NCBI GenBank assembly: GCA_034664905.1
Contig: JAXDGS010000015.1
Span: forward strand, 12,717-76,716
Reading direction: 5' to 3'
DNA: 64,000 bases
Source: Solirubrobacteraceae bacterium
GTDB taxonomy: Bacteria > Actinomycetota > Thermoleophilia > Solirubrobacterales > Solirubrobacteraceae
Positions within the stretch are counted from its first letter, which is position 1; every line of letters begins with the position of its first letter. Position numbers and translations under genes: made by a program. Below, one piece after another: positions 56,468-64,000 of the stretch. The notes under the pieces are model-generated. The model was not told where the DNA came from and did not search any database. It worked only from the letters and a program-made list of their open reading frames with translations.

Positions 56468-57193
56468 ATGCGCAACCTCCGCGCAGCCGCGCGCGAGCGC
56501 ATCGACGCCGTCTACTCGCGCCTGCCGGTCTCGCTGCGGGATGCCGTCCATCGGGCACGCCTGCGCATCCACGCGGGCGAGCTGACCGCACACGACTGGG
56601 CGCGGCGTCCGGCGCTCGATGCCGAGCACTACTGGCAATCGATCGATCAGCCGCACCGGAGGGTCCTGATCGAGCAGCTCCGCAGCTTTGGCACGCCTGC
56701 CAGCGTGCTCGAGCTGGGCAGTCACAGCGGGCCGAACCTGCGGCTCGCGGCGAGCGAGTTTCCGGCGGCGCGCGTCGGCGGCATCGAGATCAACCCCGCG
56801 GTCGTCAGGCGCGCCCGCGAGCTGCTGCGAGGCGACGGGCTCGCGCGCGTGGAGCTGACCGTCGGCTCTGTCGCGGACGTGCTGGCGCGCCTGGCGACCG
56901 ACAGCGAGGATCTGCTTTTCTCGTGCTTTGCCCTCGCGTACATCCCGCCCGCTCAGCTCGAGGGCGTGCTTGGTGATGCGCTGCGCGTTGCGCGCCTGGG
57001 GCTCGTGATGCTCGAGCCGCAGGCTCGCGACGGCCGGCGCGGCGGGCTGATGCGCGAGACCGCGGGCTGGCGCCACGACTATCTCGCGACGCTGATGGGG
57101 CTCGGCGTCGAGCGCAGCGCCACGCGCATGATCGAGGTGCGCGAGGCCGCCCCCCTCGACGGGTGCCTCGTCGCCGACCTCAGACGGGACTGA
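56468..57193 (+). CDS. Class I SAM-dependent methyltransferase
   Basis: YW, SVLELGSHSGPNL, GIEIN, LAYIPP, EP, W.HDY. Confidence 0.85.
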   Translation: MRNLRAAARERIDAVYSRLPVSLRDAVHRARLRIHAGELTAHDWARRPALDAEHYWQSIDQPHRRVLIEQLRSFGTPASVLELGSHSGPNLRLAASEFPAARVGGIEINPAVVRRARELLRGDGLARVELTVGSVADVLARLATDSEDLLFSCFALAYIPPAQLEGVLGDALRVARLGLVMLEPQARDGRRGGLMRETAGWRHDYLATLMGLGVERSATRMIEVREAAPLDGCLVADLRRD

Positions 57194-57205
57194 GAGGATT
57201 CCGCG

Positions 57206-58159
57206 ATGCCCCGCGTGAGCGTCATCATCCCCGCCCACAATGCTGCCCCCTTCATCGAGCGGACGCTCGCGTCCGTTCGCACGCAGACCTACGAGGATTG
57301 GGAGATCGTCGTGGTCGACGACGGCTCGAGCGACGGAACCTGGGAGCTGCTGCAGAGCGCTGGAGCGGGGGTGCGCAGCTTCCGCCGCGAGCTCGCCGGC
57401 GGCCCGGCGGTCGCCCGAAACCTGGCGCTGCGCAACGCGACCGGCGCGTTCGCGGCGTTTCTCGACGCCGACGATCTGCTGCTGCCGCGCTACCTCGAGA
57501 GCCAGCTGGCGCGCTATGAGGCTGCCGTCCGGGAAGAGCAGGGCCAAACGGTGGGGCTCGTCGCGTGCGACGCGAGGATCCTGATCGGCGATGAGTACGC
57601 GCCCTTCACCCATCTCGAGCGGATCCCGGATCGCGCTGCGCCGATAACCCTCGAGCGCGTGCTGCGACGCAACCCGATCTATGGCGCCTGCCTGGTCCCC
57701 ACCGCGGTGGGCGAGGCGGTGGAGTGGTTCGATCCGGAACTGTTCGGTACCGAGGACTTCGGGCTCTGGATAAAGATCCTCGAGGCCGGCTACCGCGCGG
57801 TGCTCAACGAAGAGGTGCTCGCCGTCTACCGCCGCACCGCCGGCACGGTGTCCTCGAACATCGCAAGCCAGGGCGTCAACAACCGCCGCGCATATGAGCT
57901 TGCGCTCGCGCGCGGGCGCCTCACCGACAAGCAGCGGCGGATCGCGCGGCGGGCGATCAGCTACAACCGCGCGATGGAGGAGGTGGCGCTCCTGCGCTTT
58001 GCCGGGTCGCGCCCACCCGGATCGCGCGCCCGCGCGCTGCGCAGCCTTCCCCTGCTCGCGTGGGTGGCCATCAGCAACCCGCGCATGTGGGTTGCATGGC
58101 TCGATCTGCTGCGCACAGGTCGGGCGAAGGACGCCGCCGAGCTGCGCGCCCATTCATGA
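57206..58159 (+). CDS. GT2 glycosyltransferase
   Basis: VSVIIPAHN, VVDDGSSD, ARN, FLDADD, EDFGLW. Confidence 0.93.
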   Translation: MPRVSVIIPAHNAAPFIERTLASVRTQTYEDWEIVVVDDGSSDGTWELLQSAGAGVRSFRRELAGGPAVARNLALRNATGAFAAFLDADDLLLPRYLESQLARYEAAVREEQGQTVGLVACDARILIGDEYAPFTHLERIPDRAAPITLERVLRRNPIYGACLVPTAVGEAVEWFDPELFGTEDFGLWIKILEAGYRAVLNEEVLAVYRRTAGTVSSNIASQGVNNRRAYELALARGRLTDKQRRIARRAISYNRAMEEVALLRFAGSRPPGSRARALRSLPLLAWVAISNPRMWVAWLDLLRTGRAKDAAELRAHS

Positions 58160-58977
58160 ACGACGACGTCACCGTCGTCATCACCTGCTTCAACTACGGG
58201 GCGTTCCTTGCCGAGAGCGTCGCCAGCGCGCTCGCCCAGGAGGGCGGCGAGCCGCGTCTGATCGTGGTCGACGATGGGTCCACCGACGCCGGGACGCTCG
58301 CGCAGCTCGATCGGCTGCCGCGGCAGGTCGAGGTCGTGCGCCAGTCAAACGCGGGCGTCGCCGAGGCGCGCAACGCCGGGCTGCGCCTTGCGCGAACCTC
58401 CTACGCGCTGGCCCTCGACGCCGACGATCGTCTCGCCGAAGACGCGCTGCGACGGCTGCGCGAGCCGCTCGAGGCCGAGCCGGGGCTTGGCTTCAGCTAC
58501 GGGATCATGCGCTTCTTCGGAGCGTGGGAGGGCGTTCTGCAGATGCCGCCGTATGACCCGTTCCGTCTGCTCTACCGCCACAACATCGGCTCCGCGGCGC
58601 TCATCCGCCGCGAGCTCTTCGAGGACATCGGCGGCTATGACCAGGCGTTCAAAGGGTATGAGGACTGGGAGTTCTGGGTGCACGCGCTCGAGCGCGGCTG
58701 GCGTGGGCGGCGCGTGGAGACGGTGACCCTCCTTTATCGACGACACGGTGAGACCCGGCACATCGGCGCCCGGCCCCGCTACCGCGCCACCTTCCGGCAG
58801 CTGCGGCGAAAGCACCGGGGCCTCTACCGGCGCGCGGGCAGGCGCCGCCTCCAGCAGGAGTCCGACCTGGGGGTTGCCGGTCGCCTGCTCTACCGCCTGT
58901 GGTGGGGCTGGCGGCCGCTGCCGGCGCGTGTTGAGCTCGCGCTGCAGGCGGCCATCTGGCGACCGGGCGCGAGATAG
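58156..58977 (+). CDS. GT2 glycosyltransferase
   Basis: VVITCFNYG, VDDGSTD, ARNAG, LDADD, GGYD..YEDWEFW. Confidence 0.93.
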   Translation: MNDDVTVVITCFNYGAFLAESVASALAQEGGEPRLIVVDDGSTDAGTLAQLDRLPRQVEVVRQSNAGVAEARNAGLRLARTSYALALDADDRLAEDALRRLREPLEAEPGLGFSYGIMRFFGAWEGVLQMPPYDPFRLLYRHNIGSAALIRRELFEDIGGYDQAFKGYEDWEFWVHALERGWRGRRVETVTLLYRRHGETRHIGARPRYRATFRQLRRKHRGLYRRAGRRRLQQESDLGVAGRLLYRLWWGWRPLPARVELALQAAIWRPGAR

Positions 58978-58999
58978 GGTCGGGCGTATTGTGGGCGCG

Positions 59000-60547
59000 A
59001 TGAGCAACGCGCATGCGGCCGCGCAGCTGGTGCGCAACACCCTCGCCAACGGCCTCGGCAGCGCGATCGGCATCGCCGTGGGCGTGCTGCTGACGCCTTT
59101 CATGATCGATCGGCTCGGGCTCGCCGCGTACGGCGTGTGGACCCTTGCGCTCACGCTGACCTTCTCGGGCGGTTACGCGTCGCTCGCGGACCTGGGGGTG
59201 GAGGGCGCAACGGTTCGCTACGTCGCGGAAGCGACCGCCGAGGACGATCTCGAGGGCTTGAACCGAACCGTCTCGACCACGCTCGTGCTGTTCTGTGCGA
59301 TCGCCGCGCTGCTCGGTCCGGCGGCGGTGCTGCTCGCGCGTCCGCTCGTGTCGCTGTTCGGCGTCTCGGAGCACCTGCGCGCCGCAGCCACGCTGTGCTT
59401 CGCGCTGGTGGGCGGCCAGCTTGCCTTCGAACTGCCTGCGAGAGCGTTCGTCGCGGTCCTCGAGGGCACCCAGCGGTTCGTCACCTTTCAGGCCGTGGAG
59501 CTTGCGCGCGCGCTGCTGCAGGCCGCCCTGTTCGTGCTCGTGCTGCTGGAGGGCTGGGGGATCGGCGCGCTCGGAGCCGCGTTGATGGCGAGCTCGATCT
59601 GCGCGCTCGCGACCTACTGGCTGCTGGCTCACAGGACGGTGCCAAGCTTGCGCGTGAGCCCCAGGCACGCGCGGCGCACGGAGCTGCGCCGGATCGTGCG
59701 CTTCGGCGGCGGCGTGTTCAGCTTGCGCCTGGTGGGCACCGTCTACCGCCAGATGGACAAGGTGATCGTCGGCATCGCCCTCGGCCCCGCGTCGGTCGCG
59801 CTCTATGAGATCGCCAACAAGGTCAACCTGGCCGCGGGGACGATGTCCTCCGTATCGGTTTCGGCGCTCGTGCCCGCGGCGGCCTTCGCCAAGCGAAACG
59901 CGGCCATCCTGCGGGACATGTTCGTGCGCGGCTCCTGCTACGCGACCGGCGCCTCGCTGCCGTTCGCCGTCGCGGGTTTCATCTTCGCGAAGCCGCTGCT
60001 GATCTCGTGGATCGGTCCTCAAGCGGCTCCAGCGATCGAGGGCGCGCGACTGTTCCTCGCGTACGAGGCGCTGCAGGCGGTGCAGAACGTCGCGTCGACG
60101 ATGATGTTCGGCATCGGCCGCATCCGCGTGCCGTTGGCCGTCAACGCGATCGCCACGCTCGCCAACCTCGCGCTCTCGATCGCGCTCGTGCACCCGCTGG
60201 GCTTCGAGGGCGTGATCGTCGGCACGCTGATCGCCAACGGCCTGGCGTGGCCGGTGCTGCTGCGCTACTACCTGCGCGTGTTCGAGACCTCGCCGGGCGT
60301 CTGGTTCCGACGCAGCCTGCGCCCCAATCTCGTGGGCCTGGCGGCACAGGTGGCCGTCTCGCTGCCGCTTTTGCTCTGGGTCGACGGCACGCACTCGCTG
60401 CTCGTCGCGGTCGCTGTCAGCGCCGTCTCGCTGGCGGGCTCCTACGCGGCGTTTCTGCTGTGGGGGGTCAGGGGCGAGGATCGCCGGTCGCTCTTGAACA
60501 CGCTCGGCCACGCGCTCGGCAAAGCGCCGCGTGAGGTGCCCGCGTGA
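59000..60547 (+). CDS. Second Wzx/MOP-family flippase
   Basis: LVRNT, LTPF...LG...YGVW, DLG, DKVIVG, YEIA; multi-TM; TATTGT -10 lies 7 nt before ATG. Confidence 0.9.
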   Translation: MSNAHAAAQLVRNTLANGLGSAIGIAVGVLLTPFMIDRLGLAAYGVWTLALTLTFSGGYASLADLGVEGATVRYVAEATAEDDLEGLNRTVSTTLVLFCAIAALLGPAAVLLARPLVSLFGVSEHLRAAATLCFALVGGQLAFELPARAFVAVLEGTQRFVTFQAVELARALLQAALFVLVLLEGWGIGALGAALMASSICALATYWLLAHRTVPSLRVSPRHARRTELRRIVRFGGGVFSLRLVGTVYRQMDKVIVGIALGPASVALYEIANKVNLAAGTMSSVSVSALVPAAAFAKRNAAILRDMFVRGSCYATGASLPFAVAGFIFAKPLLISWIGPQAAPAIEGARLFLAYEALQAVQNVASTMMFGIGRIRVPLAVNAIATLANLALSIALVHPLGFEGVIVGTLIANGLAWPVLLRYYLRVFETSPGVWFRRSLRPNLVGLAAQVAVSLPLLLWVDGTHSLLVAVAVSAVSLAGSYAAFLLWGVRGEDRRSLLNTLGHALGKAPREVPA

Positions 60548-61389
60548 GCGAGAACCTGGTTCGCGAGATCCACGACACGGTCGCGCGCAGCAGCGACCAT
60601 GTGCAGGCGAGCGTGCGCCCGGCGGGGACGACCCCTCGCCAGATGCGGGCGATGACGCGCGACGTGCTGCGAAAGCTCGCGCTCGGGCCGCGCGCGAGCG
60701 TGATCGAGATCGGATGCGGCGTCGGCGTGCTCGGCGTGCCGGTGGCGCGCCGAGCGGGCTCCTACGTCGGGCTCGACTTCGCGCCCAACGCCGTGGCGGT
60801 GATGCGCGCGCGGCTGGCCGAGGCCGGCCTGGAGCCACGCGCGCGTGCCCTGTGCGTCGATGTGCTGGGGATGAGCGACGCAGAGCTCACAGCACTTGGC
60901 GCCTTCGACCGCGTGCTCATGTACGCGGTCCTCCACTACGCGCGCACGGAGGCCGACGCGCAGCGCTTCCTCAAGCAGGCGGTGGCGCTGCTCGCACCGG
61001 GAGGCCGCGCCCTGATCGGCAACCTGCCGCTGGAGGATCTCGACGTCGACTCCCAGCCCGCCGCTGTGGCTTCGCGCGGGATCCTCGCGCGCGTCCTCGC
61101 CTCGGCCCGATGGGTGGCGGCGGCGCCCGGGCACGCGCCCGTCGTGCTGACGCGCCGCTGGAAGCTGCGCCGCATCCTCGAGCTTGTGCTGTCTTCGGCC
61201 ACCGCGGACGGGGCGAGGTTCACAGCTCCTCGGCTACCCCCGAGCTACACGGTGGGCCTCACGATCGGGGGCATCGATCGGTGGCTGGCCGAGCTCGACG
61301 TGCCGGTGCGCCACAGCTGGATGGCACCGGGTCCCGGCGTGCCCCTGGCGGTGGGCCGGGCCGATCTTCTCATCGAGCGTCCCCTCTGA
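60544..61389 (+). CDS. Class I SAM-dependent methyltransferase
   Basis: VIEIGCGVG, GLD, FDRVL.Y.VLHY, LAPGGR..IG. Confidence 0.87.
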   Translation: MSENLVREIHDTVARSSDHVQASVRPAGTTPRQMRAMTRDVLRKLALGPRASVIEIGCGVGVLGVPVARRAGSYVGLDFAPNAVAVMRARLAEAGLEPRARALCVDVLGMSDAELTALGAFDRVLMYAVLHYARTEADAQRFLKQAVALLAPGGRALIGNLPLEDLDVDSQPAAVASRGILARVLASARWVAAAPGHAPVVLTRRWKLRRILELVLSSATADGARFTAPRLPPSYTVGLTIGGIDRWLAELDVPVRHSWMAPGPGVPLAVGRADLLIERPL

Positions 61390-61401
61390 GCGCTCGCGCG
61401 G

Positions 61402-62598
61402 ATGTCGAGCACGATCCTCCCAGCAGCGCGAATGCCGCAGAGAGCACTGGCGCTGGCGCTGCCGGACGGGTATGACGCGCGCTGGTCAAGCGTCCCGGAG
61501 GATCGCTCGCTGATCGAACGCTGGACGTCGCGCTCGCCGGACGCGACCGTCTACAACAGCCCCGCCTACGTGGAGTTCGCCCGCGCGCAGAATGGACGCG
61601 CCGAGCTGCTGTGGCTGGCGCGCGACGGCAACCCGATGCTCGGCCTGCCGCTTCACCCGGTGGGCGACTCGCGGTTCACCACCGGCTACTCGGGTCTGAT
61701 GTTCGCCGACGGGACCGGAGACGGTCCGCTGCGTCGAGGTGTGACGGCGCTGCTTGCGTTGCTCGGCGCGAACGAGCGGCGCGGATTTCAGGTCCTGCAA
61801 TCCGTGCAGTCTCCGGCCCACGATGATCCCGCGCGGATCGCGATGCTCGCGTTCCTGCTCGATCGGCAGGGGCTCTCCGCACCACCTCTCTACTCGCGGG
61901 TTCTCGATCTCGATCCGATCGCGGACGGGGGCGCGGCCGCGCCCGACGTGGGCCATGATCTGCTGCTCGATCAGGGCCTCGAACCGTATGAGCCGGAGCT
62001 GCGAAATCAGATACGCCAGGCGGTGCGTCGCGGGCTGCACGCGACCTGCTCGCTGCCCGCGACCGACGCGGAGCTACAGGAGGCCTATCGCGACTTCCTC
62101 GCACTGCACGGGGAGTCGTGGCTGCGAACCGGGATGACCCCGCACGAGTCCTCCTACTGGATCGCGCTGGCGCGTGCGATCATCGACGGCGGCGGTCGCG
62201 ACATGATCATCTACGCGCGCGACGGCGAAGGCAGGGCGCTGGCGGCCGTTACGTGCCACCTGCGCTCGGGGCGAGCGCTCTACTGGGCCGGCGCCAGCAG
62301 CGAGGAGGGGCTCTCCTCGCGAGCCAACCCGTTGTGCTTGCACGCCGCGATCCAGGCCTGCCGTCAGCTGGGCGTGCGCCATTTCGAGCTCGGTCGCATG
62401 GACGCGCGCGAGCGCTCGGAGAAGGAGCTTGCGATCACCCGCTACAAGGCGCAGTTCGGGGGCGGCCTCGTGCGCGTGGGCGGCTTTCAGACGCAGCCTC
62501 CCGTCCTCGCCGTCGCCCTGCGCCGGGTCCTCGCGCTGCTGGGTGGCGCCCGGCGGCGGCCGCCGGCCGCCGCCACCCTGCTCGACGCTCAGGGCTGA
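61402..62598 (+). CDS. FemAB/CelD-like double-GNAT acyl- or aminoacyltransferase
   Basis: RNQIRQA...G, LYWAGAS, ANP.CLH.AI, FELG, YKAQFGG. Confidence 0.78.
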   Translation: MSSTILPAARMPQRALALALPDGYDARWSSVPEDRSLIERWTSRSPDATVYNSPAYVEFARAQNGRAELLWLARDGNPMLGLPLHPVGDSRFTTGYSGLMFADGTGDGPLRRGVTALLALLGANERRGFQVLQSVQSPAHDDPARIAMLAFLLDRQGLSAPPLYSRVLDLDPIADGGAAAPDVGHDLLLDQGLEPYEPELRNQIRQAVRRGLHATCSLPATDAELQEAYRDFLALHGESWLRTGMTPHESSYWIALARAIIDGGGRDMIIYARDGEGRALAAVTCHLRSGRALYWAGASSEEGLSSRANPLCLHAAIQACRQLGVRHFELGRMDARERSEKELAITRYKAQFGGGLVRVGGFQTQPPVLAVALRRVLALLGGARRRPPAAATLLDAQG

Positions 62599-64000
62599 GC
62601 GTCTCGGCTGCCGGCGCGCGCTCGCTCGAGGCGCAGCAGGCCCTCCTCGTCGGTGCCTGACTCGCGGAAGCCGGCCCGTGCGAAGGCGCGCAGGGATGCC
62701 GTGTGCGCCGGCTTGACGTACGCGCACAGAAGCTCGATCCCGGGATCGGCGAGCGCGCGCGCGGCGGCCTGCTCGAGCACGGCCGCGCCCAGCCCCCGCC
62801 CACGCGCCTGGGGCGCGAGGACCACGTGGACCTCGGCGCTGCGATCCTCGCTTTGGCTGATGCGCACGTGCGCCACGGGGCCGCCGTCGGCCTCCGCCAC
62901 CCACGGGCGTTGCGAGCCGTCGGCGAGCACGCGCGCCAGCCAGCTCGCGTGCTCCTGCAGCGTGATCTCGTGCGTGCTTCGCGACCAGCGCCGCGCCTCG
63001 GGGTCATTGCGCCAGGCGCGCAGACGCTCTGCGTCGGCCTGCTCGAGCGCCCGCAGCGTGACGGCCGGGGCGAGTGTGATCCGCCTTCCGTCCCGCGATG
63101 AGCTCCGCGCCGCATCGAGCACCGTGAGCACCCGCACGGCCTCCTCTGCGGGCACGGGCGCGCGGCTGCCATCGACCGCGGCGGCGAGAAAGCGCTCGAG
63201 CTGATCGCGGTAGGTCGAGGAGACGTCGCTGGGAATCACACGCTGCGAGGTCGTGCCGGAGCTGTCGTGGATGCTCAGCTGAAGCCCCTCCCAGCTCCAA
63301 TGCAGGGTGCCTTCCGATCCCACGATCCGGCAGCCGCGGGTGTAGGAGCGGTCGAAGTAGTCGACGGCGAGCTCCGCAACGCCGCCGGAGGCGAGCTCCA
63401 TGCTGATCAGCGCGACGTCCTCGACGTCGGTCTCGAGCTCTGAGACCCGCAACGCGAGCGCGCTGACCGAGCGCACGGGTCCGGCCAGCCACAGCAGGTA
63501 GTCGAGCTCGTGCACCGCGACATCGAGCAGGACTCCGCCGCCGAGCTGCGCACGGGCGCTGTAGCTCTCGCGGTAGTCGCTCTGCGGCCGCCATCCGGGA
63601 AGCCACGAGCCGCACCACACCCGCGCCCGCAGGACGCGCCCGACGGCGCCCTCGGCCAGCAGCTGCGCCAGCGCGAGCACTCCGGGATGCTCGCGCAGGT
63701 TCATTGCGACCGAGAGCATCACCCCGCGCTCGCGGGCCAGGAAGTCGAGCTCCGCGGCGTGGGCGGCGGTCAGGGCGAGCGGCTTCTCCACGAGCACCGG
63801 CACGTCGAGCTCGATCGCCAGGCGCGCGTCGCGGACATGCTCGCTCGAGGGGCTCGCGATCACTACGGCGTCGGCAGCCTGAAGGCACTCGCGCGCGCTC
63901 GCGGCGATCGCCGCAGCGGGTGGCGGCTGCGCCGCTGGGCTCGGGTCATAGACGGCGACCTCGTGTCCGAGCTCGAGTGCGATCGCGGCGTGGCGCCGGC
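62589..64000 (-). CDS. Gfo/Idh/MocA oxidoreductase fused to PseH-like GNAT (5' end beyond the window)
   Basis: Frame stays open to the edge (RRHAAIALELGHEVAVYD); IASP..H, LVEKP, GGGVLLD..HELD; C-terminal WRNDP...EH..W...RGRGLG...SLRAF..AGF. Confidence 0.88.
   Translation of the reverse strand, partial: RRHAAIALELGHEVAVYDPSPAAQPPPAAAIAASARECLQAADAVVIASPSSEHVRDARLAIELDVPVLVEKPLALTAAHAAELDFLARERGVMLSVAMNLREHPGVLALAQLLAEGAVGRVLRARVWCGSWLPGWRPQSDYRESYSARAQLGGGVLLDVAVHELDYLLWLAGPVRSVSALALRVSELETDVEDVALISMELASGGVAELAVDYFDRSYTRGCRIVGSEGTLHWSWEGLQLSIHDSSGTTSQRVIPSDVSSTYRDQLERFLAAAVDGSRAPVPAEEAVRVLTVLDAARSSSRDGRRITLAPAVTLRALEQADAERLRAWRNDPEARRWSRSTHEITLQEHASWLARVLADGSQRPWVAEADGGPVAHVRISQSEDRSAEVHVVLAPQARGRGLGAAVLEQAAARALADPGIELLCAYVKPAHTASLRAFARAGFRESGTDEEGLLRLERARAGSRDAQP

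Noticed and set aside
38279-60838. Long Arg/Ala/Pro-rich alternative-frame ORFs (e.g. 38279-40153, 46795-49032, 56417-58153, 58649-60838)
   Set aside because: Typical shadow ORFs of high-GC DNA overlapping motif-supported genes.

Overview
High-GC chromosomal window, probably from an actinobacterium (Thermoleophilia/Solirubrobacterales-like; this is inferred from gene content and pervasive leaderless TANNNT-N7-start promoters). In order it contains: a 3'-truncated P450; tRNA-Asp(GTC); a Zur/Fur-box-preceded Zn/Mn ABC operon with its Fur-family regulator; a lipoprotein phosphoesterase; a histone-H1-like 16-aa repeat protein; two kinase-less LuxR response regulators, one with a degenerate receiver; a 3-gene split cytochrome b6/subunit-IV-like membrane module with no Rieske or cytochrome c gene; an HDAC-family deacetylase; small membrane proteins; two MDR oxidoreductases; a sulfotransferase, a double-TetR and two secreted arylsulfotransferases; an isobutyryl-CoA-mutase-like large subunit divergent from an FAD oxidase-P450 pair; and a secreted Cys-rich protein with a low-GC head. 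From about 27.4 kb to the end lies a large surface-glycan locus: rfbG, about 8 methyltransferase-like genes, GT2/GT4/GT34/GT-C enzymes, WsaF-like and WbdD-like genes, two flippases, a FemAB-like GNAT, an oxidoreductase-GNAT fusion and two unknown tandem-domain His-motif paralogs. No CRISPR array, rRNA or mobile element was seen. All calls come from reading motifs by eye; no database searches were run.
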